A stretch of DNA of 64,000 nucleotides, taken from positions 11,964-75,963 of the forward strand of contig CAZKYC010000004.1 in NCBI GenBank assembly GCA_964556895.1, written 5' to 3'. This DNA is from an uncultured bacterium. GTDB lineage: Bacteria; Hinthialibacterota; Hinthialibacteria; Hinthialibacterales; Hinthialibacteraceae. The position numbers were made by a program, and so were the translations under genes. Numbering within the stretch: position 1 is the first letter of the stretch; each line of letters begins with the position of its first letter. The notes under the pieces were generated by a model that worked only from the letters and a program-made list of their open reading frames with translations, did not search any database and had not been told where the DNA came from. Positions 49,432 to 58,824 of the stretch are shown here, in pieces.

Positions 49432-50736
49432 CTAATCAATGTTCAATCCAATTTCGACTTGTCCTTTTGAATTATTTGTGATTTTAGCCCCTCCTGAAAA
49501 ACGGTTGCCAATAATTGAAGCGGAACGTACACCGCTCTTTAACCTTATATGCTGTTTTTCTTCATCAATAAAATCACACCCATTAACAATTATACTTCCG
49601 CCATTCGCTATAATCGCTGGCGATTCATACTCTTTTTTTCCCCATCCTTGAAAATGGCAGGAAGAGAATATTACGGTTCCGTGGCCATCTATCAACGCAT
49701 GATAATCAGTAGTAGGAGTGCCCCAAAAACCGCAATTTGAAAATTTCACCGGGCCTCTATTGGTTTCGCTGACTTCTATACCAGCCATCATCTGACAGTT
49801 TGAGAACGCAAGGCCTGCGTGGCGTTGAGAATCATCTACACGAACCGCTACCGGCCCTATATCCGAACCGCATTGAGTTAAAACGACGTTGGGGGCGCCG
49901 GCTTCAGTACGGACAAAGTGAAATCCGATTTTGGGGAAGATCACGAAGCAGTTCATCATGTACTCCCAATCGGTCTTTCCAATCCGAAAACCGACTAAGT
50001 GATCCATCAAATAAGTGAGCAACTTGTTCCAATCCTCACTCCCCTCTCTGGGAGGATTAGGGATATCGGCGCGCGCCCAAGAATGAGGGTTAAAATGGAC
50101 GTTTTCGATTCTACCGATATCAGTTGTTTGATTGATGAAAATTCCTTCACGCAGCGGACAGCCAAACACATTTCGGACGTGATGGAGTTCGTTGGGCTTC
50201 GTACCGAAATCAATCCCTCGGTAAGGGTTCACTAGCGTCACGTCAATTACGCTGCAAAACATGCCTTGTCCTCTAATCGTCCAAGGATAGGGCTGTATTG
50301 ATTTCGCTTCCTGCTCTGGATAAAAGATGGTAAGGCCTCGTATACAACTGCTTTGATTTAAGGTGATGAAGGGGTCTCCATTTTCATCGCCTTTGCCTGC
50401 GACGACGAATAACTGGCTGCCGCGTCCAATATCCGCATGATGCATCGATTCCCAGACGCCCCGCAAGGTTACGCCGGAAGGAATCACAATGTTCCCGGAA
50501 AATAAATATTGGCCTGAAGGAACGGCGACAATTCCACCCCCTTTTTCAGAAGCAAAATCTAAGGCTTTCTGAAAAGAGTTTGTGCAGTTTGTCTTCCCGT
50601 CCGCAACGGCGCCGTGATCCAAAACCGAAGTAAGAACCAAAGGGTCTTGTTCGATTTGCGCAAAAACCCCGAAACTACAAGCAGCGCATAAGGTGAAGAT
50701 TATAGAGATTCGGATCATCATATGCCTCCAACCCAA
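49432..50736 (-). CDS. secreted right-handed beta-helix protein (pectate-lyase-superfamily / GH28-like)
   Basis: Signal peptide. LDHGAVADGKTNCTNSFQKALDFA matches the N-terminal Pectate_lyase_3 motif (YGAxGDGxTDDTxAIQxAI). Repetitive beta-helix rungs follow. Confidence 0.5.
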   Translation of the reverse strand: MGWRHMMIRISIIFTLCAACSFGVFAQIEQDPLVLTSVLDHGAVADGKTNCTNSFQKALDFASEKGGGIVAVPSGQYLFSGNIVIPSGVTLRGVWESMHHADIGRGSQLFVVAGKGDENGDPFITLNQSSCIRGLTIFYPEQEAKSIQPYPWTIRGQGMFCSVIDVTLVNPYRGIDFGTKPNELHHVRNVFGCPLREGIFINQTTDIGRIENVHFNPHSWARADIPNPPREGSEDWNKLLTYLMDHLVGFRIGKTDWEYMMNCFVIFPKIGFHFVRTEAGAPNVVLTQCGSDIGPVAVRVDDSQRHAGLAFSNCQMMAGIEVSETNRGPVKFSNCGFWGTPTTDYHALIDGHGTVIFSSCHFQGWGKKEYESPAIIANGGSIIVNGCDFIDEEKQHIRLKSGVRSASIIGNRFSGGAKITNNSKGQVEIGLNID

Positions 50737-51022
50737 TCAGAAGTGTCTTATTGTTATGGTCTGATATTGAAGATATGTTAACATTCTTCTATGAGTACTC
50801 GAATAGCGCTGTGTGTTTCATTCACATATCGTTTCTTATCTCTCACCAGAGAAGCGGCTGAAATCGCCTCTCTCTGTGAATTGAAACTTGCAGAGCGATT
50901 TGATAGATTTGTTAACGATACTTAGAAAGTGAATTGGCTCAGAAATTTGGGACGGCGTGCAGATGAACAAAGCGATGTAGTGGACTACTGATCTTTGCCG
51001 TTATGCCCATGAAAGGGAATCC

Positions 51023-52657
51023 ATGTTACCGATATGTAAACAAACACTGGCTTTTCGAATGCGATCTGGAGTGATGACGAGAGGGCTAGGCGTGGTAGCC
51101 GCGGTCATGACTCTGTATCTTTTTATGCACGATCCGCTCATCTGCTCCGCAATGCCTTCGGAGGAAAGCGTCAAGTTAGGCAAAGACGTCGTCTTGTATG
51201 GAGAATTTGGCGCACGCGGTGATGGCGTGTCTGACGATATCGACGCCATTGCCAAGGCCCATGAATTCGCCAACCAGCACGGCCTCCCGGTGAGGGCCGA
51301 CGATGAGGCGACATATTACATCGGTGGGAAAGATAAGACGGTTGTCATACAGACCGACACCAATTTCGGATCGGCCAGGTTTATCATTGATGACACTTCT
51401 GTCGAAAACCGCAGTTCACACATCTTCGAGGTTCCATCGACACAGAAGTCATTTGACCTGAAAGGGATTTCCTCCCTAAAGAGAAACCAGTCCAAGATCA
51501 ATGTCTTGTTGCCCGATACCTGCCTGGTCCGCGTCACCAATTCTGGCGTCAAACACTATATCAGGTATGGCGCCAACCGTAACAATGGAACCTCGCAAAC
51601 AGATATCTTCATCGCTGACAAACAGGGCAATGTCGACATGAATGCCCCGATTGTTTGGGATTTCGACACGATTACGCGCATCACTGCCCAACCGATCGAC
51701 AAGACCCCATTGACAATCACCGGAGGACATTTCACCACCATGGCTAACAACGCTGAGTCGACCTACGCCTACTACGCACGCGGGATCGCGATACGCCGCT
51801 CTTCTGTTGTGGTCGATGGTTTAGAGCACCACATCATTGGCGAGGGAGACCACGGCGCACCCTATGGCGGATTCATCAACATTAGCAACTGCGTCAACGT
51901 GACGGTTCAGAACACCGTTTTGACCGGACACAAGACGTATCGAACAATCGGTTCTGGGGGAGTTGGAGTCTCCATGGGGACCTATGACATTTTACTCAAC
52001 CGGGCCCTGAATGTTTCCTTCATAAACTGCCGTCAGACCAATGATATCAAGGACCGCACATACTGGGGAATCATGGGTTCCAACTTCTGCAAGAACCTTC
52101 TATTCGACAATTGCACCTTCTCTCGTTTTGACGCCCACCAAGGTGTTGCCAATGCGACGATCCGCCATTCGACTCTGGGTCATATGGGAATCAACGCGAT
52201 TGGCAGTGGAACGTTCCTCGTGGAGAACACCACTGTCTATGGAAGAAGCTTCATCAACCTGCGTTCAGATTACGGCAGTACATGGCGTGGTGAGTTCGTA
52301 ATTCGAAACTGCACCTTTACGCCCGCGGGCGGCAACCCGGTCACCGCCAGTCTGATTGGCGGGTCTTACTCTGGGCAGCACGATTTTGGTTACACCTGTT
52401 ACATGCCTGAACAAATCACTATCGATACCCTTCACATCGACGACACCCAGCACCCTGATAATTACCCCGGGCCAGCCATCTTCTCGAATTTTAACCGGCG
52501 TTTCACAGATGGTTCTTATGTGGAGAAATATCCGTACATCAAGACCAAAGAAGTCATACTCAAGAACGTGACGACCGCCAGTGGCAAGCCCCTGAGGCTA
52601 AGCGACAACCCCTTCATGTTCAAAGATGTGACAGTTCGATTCATCAACCACGAGTGA
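51023..52657 (+). CDS. secreted right-handed beta-helix protein (pectate-lyase-superfamily)
   Basis: GEFGARGDGVSDDIDAIAKAHEFA, the same Pectate_lyase_3-type motif. Many NxT/NxS-rich rungs. Start uncertain: 51023 or the internal Met at 51062/51077. Confidence 0.5.
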   Translation: MLPICKQTLAFRMRSGVMTRGLGVVAAVMTLYLFMHDPLICSAMPSEESVKLGKDVVLYGEFGARGDGVSDDIDAIAKAHEFANQHGLPVRADDEATYYIGGKDKTVVIQTDTNFGSARFIIDDTSVENRSSHIFEVPSTQKSFDLKGISSLKRNQSKINVLLPDTCLVRVTNSGVKHYIRYGANRNNGTSQTDIFIADKQGNVDMNAPIVWDFDTITRITAQPIDKTPLTITGGHFTTMANNAESTYAYYARGIAIRRSSVVVDGLEHHIIGEGDHGAPYGGFINISNCVNVTVQNTVLTGHKTYRTIGSGGVGVSMGTYDILLNRALNVSFINCRQTNDIKDRTYWGIMGSNFCKNLLFDNCTFSRFDAHQGVANATIRHSTLGHMGINAIGSGTFLVENTTVYGRSFINLRSDYGSTWRGEFVIRNCTFTPAGGNPVTASLIGGSYSGQHDFGYTCYMPEQITIDTLHIDDTQHPDNYPGPAIFSNFNRRFTDGSYVEKYPYIKTKEVILKNVTTASGKPLRLSDNPFMFKDVTVRFINHE

Positions 52658-52947
52658 TCACAAGAGGCCACTGGCCGCTTGGTTAAACTGTAGGTAGTTT
52701 TTTTCTGGTCGTCAGCGCCGCGTGGCGGCGACTCTCTCAAAAGCGCAGGAAGCCACGGCGTCCGTCCGCGTCAACAGATATCGATCCGGGATGTGGCTGA
52801 TGAAGATCAGGCCGTAGGGCCCGTAAGTTTGGTCAGCACGCGATAGAGCGAAAGCGTTTCGATTCTACGCGGTTCGTCAGGAGGTTCGCCTTGCCCCATG
52901 CTTCAGTCGCTAGCGCTTCATCACACTTTTGTTCTTTACGGTTATAT

Positions 52948-53508
52948 TCAATCCAACAACAAGATGGCCAGGGCGACGACGGTGATGTAGCCGCCTTTTT
53001 TGTTGATGGCGGCTTGGGTGATGTTGCGGGTGTGGACGATCTTTCCGCTAAACTTAAAGACTTCTTCTTTTTCGTCCCACGATTTGTCTTCGTCAAACTC
53101 GACGCCCAGCGTTGACGCGAGCATGGCGGCGGCCAGGTCTTCGGCGTAGTTGCCCGCTTCGTGGTTGTTCATACCAAAGCCGTGGTATTCGCTGAGGTAG
53201 CCGTAGTGGTCTTTTTGGGTGGGCAGCGCCAGCCCGATCGACGCGCACAGTTGCCGCCGCGGCTCATTGGTCGACGCCCGCGCCTGGACGGCGAAAGTAA
53301 TCGCCCCTGGCTGAAGCGCCTTAACGCCCTCTTTTTTTGAGATGATCTTACAATGCGGCGGAAAGATGCTCGACACGTTCACCAGGTTACAAACCTGAAC
53401 GCCTGCGTCGCGCAGGGCCAACTCATACGAGCGCAATTCTTCTTTGTGAAACCCTACGCCTTTGGTGAAAAACATCCGCTTGGGGATCAGGTTCGATAAT
53501 GGGCGCAT
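52948..53508 (-). CDS. pdaD: pyruvoyl-dependent arginine decarboxylase
   Basis: N-terminus MFFTKGVGFHKEELRSYELALRDAGVQVCNLVNVSSIFPP matches the PvlArgDC family, including the SS self-cleavage site. 186 aa. Confidence 0.7.
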   Translation of the reverse strand: MRPLSNLIPKRMFFTKGVGFHKEELRSYELALRDAGVQVCNLVNVSSIFPPHCKIISKKEGVKALQPGAITFAVQARASTNEPRRQLCASIGLALPTQKDHYGYLSEYHGFGMNNHEAGNYAEDLAAAMLASTLGVEFDEDKSWDEKEEVFKFSGKIVHTRNITQAAINKKGGYITVVALAILLLD

Positions 53509-53616
53509 GGCTGATTGTTCCTTAATCTAAATGAGTTGTTCGCCCCACTCCAAGCAGGCCAAGCGGAGAAATAGTATTGTAGGAAAAATAGCAAAACAAG
53601 CCCTGAGAATAAAAAA

Positions 53617-54369
53617 TTACGCCAGAAACGCCTTTTGTATCTCTTCGGGGGTGAGCAGGTCGTGGTCTAACAAGCCAGCGGCTTCTTCGGCTTCTAAAAC
53701 GCCTTTATTTTCGAGGATTTTGATCAGCGTGACCAACATACAACTGTTGGCGTAAATCACTTCGTCGGTTTCAAACCGGTTTTTGACTTCTCGCGCTTCG
53801 CTCGCTGATATCGGCCTGGGCTTCTCGGCGGCGCTTGGCTCTTCGGCTGGCTCATACGACTGTGGTACAGCGACAGGCTTTTCTGTCTTTTTATTATTAA
53901 CGATATAGGCCGCGTGCTCTGTGGCGGAAGGACGCGCAGGCGCCGCAGCCGAAGGTTGGGAGGCGTCGGGTTGCGCTTGAGTAGAGGCTGTGGCGTCAGG
54001 TTTTTTGTCAGGCTCTTTGGTTATCACATCGTCATACGATTTGACCGCCTCGGCGCGGGAGGAGAAGATTTCAAAGATTTCAAAGATGCGGTTTTGTTTG
54101 AGATATTCGACAACTTTGCGCTGGGGGTTGAGAAACTTGATGTTGCCGCCCGCCGCGCGCATCTCTTTCAGGTTTGAGATCAACACGCTGATGGTCTGGT
54201 TGCCGATAAAGCGCAGCATGGAGACATCAAGCACGACTTTGTAGATTCCGCTTTGGCAAAGCGCTTTGAGGTTCTTGTCGAGCTGCATATTGCTGCGCGA
54301 GTCCATATCGCCTGACATCGACAACACTGCGACGTCGCCGACTTGTTGCGTCTGAATCTTTATTCCCAT
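53617..54369 (-). CDS. STAS-domain protein (anti-sigma-factor-antagonist-like) with low-complexity linker and C-terminal domain
   Basis: The N-terminal 110 aa match the SpoIIAA/STAS fold pattern (VAVLSMSGDMD...LDVS...FIGNQ). An Ala/Pro/Ser-rich linker follows. Confidence 0.5.
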   Translation of the reverse strand: MGIKIQTQQVGDVAVLSMSGDMDSRSNMQLDKNLKALCQSGIYKVVLDVSMLRFIGNQTISVLISNLKEMRAAGGNIKFLNPQRKVVEYLKQNRIFEIFEIFSSRAEAVKSYDDVITKEPDKKPDATASTQAQPDASQPSAAAPARPSATEHAAYIVNNKKTEKPVAVPQSYEPAEEPSAAEKPRPISASEAREVKNRFETDEVIYANSCMLVTLIKILENKGVLEAEEAAGLLDHDLLTPEEIQKAFLA

Positions 54370-54501
54370 GAGACCAACCTCAGGCTTCCAGATAAATAGT
54401 TTGACCTACACACACGTCAAATTCACAAAGACCAAAAACCCCTAAGGGAACGAGATATCGCCTCAGGGGTTTGGGGGGTCGACCAATGAAAGAACGACGG
54501 C

Positions 54502-54714
54502 TTATGGTTCTTTGTTTTCTTCGATCTTGGCCGCGTCTTTTTCAGACTCTTTCTTTTCGCTGTCGTCTTCGTTAATGGCGCTGATTGACTTTTTAAACTC
54601 GCGGATCCCGGTACCGAGCGATTTGCCCATTTCAGGAAGACGCTTGGCGCCAAATAGCAGTAACACGATGGTCAAGATGATGAGTAGTTCCCAAGGGCCC
54701 ATGTTCCAAGGCAT
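54502..54714 (-). CDS. tatA: Sec-independent translocase subunit TatA/E
   Basis: [38 protein letters not shown] is the canonical TatA TM-plus-amphipathic-helix sequence. 70 aa. Confidence 0.75.
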   Translation of the reverse strand: MPWNMGPWELLIILTIVLLLFGAKRLPEMGKSLGTGIREFKKSISAINEDDSEKKESEKDAAKIEENKEP

Positions 54715-54950
54715 TGTTTTTCTCCTTGCTCGAGAGGCCGGTTGGACGGCTGGAGGGTTCCAAAGCCGCTAAACGGCGCTGGTTGGTCGCCGTCGGAATT
54801 CTGTTTCAAGCCTCTTCACAGCTTAGTTATCATACTTGTCATGGGCGCCAAGTCAAGGATTTTCACACCCCGCCGCCCGTTTGCGCTTCACGCCAAGAGG
54901 AAGCATTATATACTACGCTTTCAGAACATACGAATAGTAAAGCGACCATT

Positions 54951-57047
54951 ATGACTGTGCGCAGCCGCCTGTTAGGCATCGACATCGATTCATTGACCGC
55001 CGAAGAGTTTCTCATACGCATCGATGACTACGTCATTTCTAAAACGCCGCACCAGATTTCGTACCTGAACGCCGACTGTCTCAACAAGTGTTGGTCAGAC
55101 CGGGCGTATCGCGAAACCATCGCGGCCTCAGACCTGGTCTACGCCGACGGCATGGGCGTCGTGTGGGCGTCGCGGCTGTTTGGCCATCCGCTGCCTGAGC
55201 GGCTCAACGCCAACGACCTGTTGCCTGAGTTTTGCCGCCGCGCCGAAGACAAAGGCCATCGCATCTTCCTGCTCGGCGGCGAACCGGGGGTCGCCGAAAA
55301 AGCGGCGGAGGATTTTCAACGCCGCCACCCCAATTTACAAATCGCCGGCCATCATCACGGCTATTTTTCAGAGAAAGAAGAAGCCGAGGTCATCGCCAAG
55401 GTTGGTGAATCGAAAGCCGACATCTTGATCGTCGGCATGGGCGCGCCCAAACAAGAACTATGGATTCAAAAAAACCTCAAAGCGCTGGGCGTCCCGGTGG
55501 CGTGGGGCGTGGGCGGGCTGCTCGATTATACCGCCAAAGACATCAAGCGCGCTCCGGTTTGGATGCGCAATGCGGGCATGGAGTGGCTTTGGCGCTTGTG
55601 TCTAGAACCAGGCCGCTTATGGAAACGCTATTTATTGGGCAATATTCTTTTCACATTCCGCGTCGGCATTCTGGTGTTCACCGACGCGCTGATGGCGTCG
55701 ATCGCTTGGGCGGCGGCCTACGCCATTCGCGCCTATGTGTTCCCGTCGCTTGAATTTTTGCCAGATTTTTTACAGCGTCCGCTCAATCCATTCACCAATT
55801 ATTTATACGCGCTGCCGGTCATTGTGTCGGTCTGGGTGTTGATCTGCGCCTCGTTGGATTTATATCGGCGGCAGTATATGAGCGCCGCGCTCGACGAGTT
55901 GTCAAACATCGTCAAGATGGTGTTTTTGTTTTTGATCACATCCATGGCGGTGGCCTTTTTATTGAAAGAGCTTGACCCGGGCCGGGCGGTGTTGATTCTC
56001 TCCGCCGTGTTGGCCTTCTTCTTGATCGTCGCCTCGCGCATGACCTGGGGCTATCTTGAAAAGAAGATGTTTGAAGAAGGCATCGGCCGCATCCGCGCCC
56101 TGGTGGTAGGCGACGGCGAACCGGCGGGCCGGGTGATTCAAAGCCTGCGCGCCCAGCCCCAAGGCAAGTATGAAGTGTTGGGCCTTCTCACTGATGAACA
56201 TGAAGTGGGCGAGATCATTCAAGAATGTCCGGTTCTGGGGCCGTCGGCGCAGCTGCCCGACTGGTCAAACACTTTAGTCGTCGACGAAGTATTTTTTGCC
56301 GACTCGCGGCTCGAGAAACGCGAACTGCTCAACCTGGTGGTGTCTTGCGGCGAACAGACCAACGTGCGCCAGTTTAATATTCTCACCGATATGTTTGGCA
56401 TGATCACTGACCGGGCGCTGTTTGACAGCGTTGACGACATCCCGTTTAAAGCGTTGCGTAAGCGCCAGCTCTCGCCATTTGAACAAGCCTGCAAACGCTC
56501 GGTTGACGTCGCTTGCGCCGGGTCGCTGCTGTTGCTCGCTGCGCCGTTCTTTCCGATTATTTGTCTGATGATTCGCCTGTGTTCGAAGGGGCCGTCGATC
56601 TTTAGTCATGAGCGCATCGGCAAAGACGGCAAGCCGTTTATCATGTATAAGTTTCGCACCATGTACCGCAACGTCAACGAATATCAGGAAGCGCCGATAC
56701 GCAAAGACGACCCGCGGGTGTTGCCCTTAATTGGCCGCATTCTTCGCCGCACCAGTTTGGACGAGTTGCCTCAACTATGGAACGTGTTCAAAGGCGAGAT
56801 GAGTATGGTGGGGCCGCGGCCTGAGATGCCCTTCATAGTCAAGTCGTATGAACCCTGGCAGCGCCAGCGGTTGTCGGTGCTGCCCGGCATCACCGGGTTG
56901 TGGCAGATCAGCGGGCGAAAAGACCTGCCGCTTCATTCAAATTTAGAATACGATTTTTATTACATTCAAAACCAGTCGCTGTTGTTTGACCTGATTATTC
57001 TTCTCAAGACAGTCCCCGTCGTCCTCTTCGGTAAAGGTGCGTATTAG
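54951..57047 (+). CDS. fusion protein: GT26 (WecG/TagA/CpsF) glycosyltransferase domain + WbaP-type polyprenyl-phosphate phosphoglycosyltransferase
   Basis: Residues 1-250 span the whole GT26 fold (GIDIDSLT...ADGMGVVWASR...FLLGG...GMGAPKQELWI...EWLWRL). Then four TM helices and a RALVVGDGE Rossmann-like domain. The C-terminal Bac_transf domain has PRPEMPFIV...LPGITGLWQISGR. ATG 54951 was chosen because the longer track ORF overlaps tatA. Confidence 0.7.
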   Translation: MTVRSRLLGIDIDSLTAEEFLIRIDDYVISKTPHQISYLNADCLNKCWSDRAYRETIAASDLVYADGMGVVWASRLFGHPLPERLNANDLLPEFCRRAEDKGHRIFLLGGEPGVAEKAAEDFQRRHPNLQIAGHHHGYFSEKEEAEVIAKVGESKADILIVGMGAPKQELWIQKNLKALGVPVAWGVGGLLDYTAKDIKRAPVWMRNAGMEWLWRLCLEPGRLWKRYLLGNILFTFRVGILVFTDALMASIAWAAAYAIRAYVFPSLEFLPDFLQRPLNPFTNYLYALPVIVSVWVLICASLDLYRRQYMSAALDELSNIVKMVFLFLITSMAVAFLLKELDPGRAVLILSAVLAFFLIVASRMTWGYLEKKMFEEGIGRIRALVVGDGEPAGRVIQSLRAQPQGKYEVLGLLTDEHEVGEIIQECPVLGPSAQLPDWSNTLVVDEVFFADSRLEKRELLNLVVSCGEQTNVRQFNILTDMFGMITDRALFDSVDDIPFKALRKRQLSPFEQACKRSVDVACAGSLLLLAAPFFPIICLMIRLCSKGPSIFSHERIGKDGKPFIMYKFRTMYRNVNEYQEAPIRKDDPRVLPLIGRILRRTSLDELPQLWNVFKGEMSMVGPRPEMPFIVKSYEPWQRQRLSVLPGITGLWQISGRKDLPLHSNLEYDFYYIQNQSLLFDLIILLKTVPVVLFGKGAY

Positions 57048-57093
57048 GGCTTTACGCGTCTTGTTATCCTAATAGCCGATTGGCCTCAGTTCC

Positions 57094-58206
57094 TCACTCT
57101 CTCACTTGCAGGTAATGCCAAATCTGTTCGCTGGCGCCGTCTTGGGTGACAACGCGGATGCGATAGGCCAGGCCCTGATGGTTGCGCATCGGCGGCAGGC
57201 CCCATATCGCGTATTGAGATTCAGCGTCATGAAAGCGCACCGGCTTGGGCAGCGCCTCAAACGGCAAGCGCAAGCCGTATTGAACCTCACAAATGATTGA
57301 TTCAATCTTGAACTCACGCGGCAGTTGAGCGTAGAGCCTGACCGCGCTTTCAGTCGTGGGGCGGGTTGGTTCATGATAAACAGAAAATGTCGAGAAAAGA
57401 TCGCTGCGGTCAATTTGGGTTGGCGTCCAATTGAGCGCCTGTTTTTGGTCGTCATCGACCCAGGCCGCTTGAATCGAATCGACGTATTGCGCCAGGCCCA
57501 TCACCGAATTGTTGATCGGCTCGGGGTGAGGCAGGCCGATAGCGTGGCCGATGCCCTCGTGATAAGTGACGCCGTCAGTGCCTTTGATAGGGACGCGCCA
57601 ACCGTCAGCCGTGACCAGGCCCAGGCCAATGTGTTTATCGGGCCAATAGACCGACCGCGACCCGCCCGCCCGCGTACCGGGGCGGTCTTCGCCGTTGCTG
57701 ATGACAAAGCCGTCACAACGGCTGTGAGGCGGCCCCAAGAAACAGCGCGTCGGGTCGCAAGCGCGCATCCAATCGTCGTAACCAGGCGAAAAATTACAAT
57801 CAGCCATCACCAACAAGATCGGGAAGGCGCCGTCTCTCCACGCGACGGCGCCTGAATGCCGCACCTCATTCATGATCTGCCAATAAAACGTGTTGACGTC
57901 GTCTTGGGGGAACCCGTTTGGCGTGGCCGAAGCGACGAACGGCCCAGCCATTATGTTGTATGTAAACCGTGACTGCCCGGCGAATTCTCGTTGATGAAAT
58001 TTTTTACTTCGCTCGAGGTGATAGTTTACCCGCTCGCGCCAGTCGGGCAGCGGCACCGCGCCTTGAGCGATGTAATACACCACCTGAACGTCGATTTCAT
58101 CGATGGCGTCGTCGCCGTTGAAGGCGTGCATCTGAGACACCGACGCCGGAGCAGCGAACACGAAAATACAGATAGCCAACAGGGCAACTCGTAAAAACCG
58201 TTTCAT
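57094..58206 (-). CDS. secreted protein with HExxH zinc-metallopeptidase-like motif
   Basis: Signal peptide. HEGIGHAIGLPH (HExxH plus a downstream His) near residue 215. Confidence 0.4.
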   Translation of the reverse strand: MKRFLRVALLAICIFVFAAPASVSQMHAFNGDDAIDEIDVQVVYYIAQGAVPLPDWRERVNYHLERSKKFHQREFAGQSRFTYNIMAGPFVASATPNGFPQDDVNTFYWQIMNEVRHSGAVAWRDGAFPILLVMADCNFSPGYDDWMRACDPTRCFLGPPHSRCDGFVISNGEDRPGTRAGGSRSVYWPDKHIGLGLVTADGWRVPIKGTDGVTYHEGIGHAIGLPHPEPINNSVMGLAQYVDSIQAAWVDDDQKQALNWTPTQIDRSDLFSTFSVYHEPTRPTTESAVRLYAQLPREFKIESIICEVQYGLRLPFEALPKPVRFHDAESQYAIWGLPPMRNHQGLAYRIRVVTQDGASEQIWHYLQVRE

Positions 58207-58739
58207 GGGCCTTCTTTCATTTCCTCTTTGATTTGCCTCATCATCAATTTACGAATTTCTTCAAAGTCGTTGCGGTGGCCCCAATAATCGCCGTAGGTCC
58301 AGGGCAGCCGCGTAAATGAATCGTGTTCATAGAGCATGGTGACTTCACCATACACCCCGCGGCCCATATACACCCGGTGGCTGAAATCCTTACAACTGGC
58401 GAGCACCAGCTTGGCGCCATGAAGAAATCCCGGGTCGAGGTTGATGGTGCGCTTGCCATCCGCGCGGGTCTCGTCTTCCCACTGGTTTGACATGTGTTTC
58501 ATGTAGACCAACGCGCCGGGGTAGATCAGCGGTTGCAGCGAAAAATAGCGCCGGGTCAATCCTTCACCCATTTCGTCTTGGTAATAGCCGGTCTCGTCGA
58601 AGGGATATTCTGGGCTGAAATAATCCGCTGGGCCGAAATGGGCTTCGATGCGCGGCATGAGGTTCGCCAGCGCGGCGGCGTCCTGATAGATCGCGCCAAA
58701 CACCGGCTTGACTTTGATCGGCGGTTTCGCAGCGGTCAT
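58203..58739 (-). CDS. DUF4416 family protein
   Basis: GDGKRTINLDPGFL...KLVLASCKDFSHRVYMGRGVYGEVTMLY...LPWTYGDY matches the conserved DUF4416 core. Overlaps the downstream gene start by 4 nt. Confidence 0.5.
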   Translation of the reverse strand: MTAAKPPIKVKPVFGAIYQDAAALANLMPRIEAHFGPADYFSPEYPFDETGYYQDEMGEGLTRRYFSLQPLIYPGALVYMKHMSNQWEDETRADGKRTINLDPGFLHGAKLVLASCKDFSHRVYMGRGVYGEVTMLYEHDSFTRLPWTYGDYWGHRNDFEEIRKLMMRQIKEEMKEGP

Positions 58740-58824
58740 TTTCTCGCCTCACATGAATTGCCTTCCCCTCGCCCATTATGTAAGGTGTTGTGGTTGAGAT
58801 AAAGAGCATGGCTAGCGTGATTCT

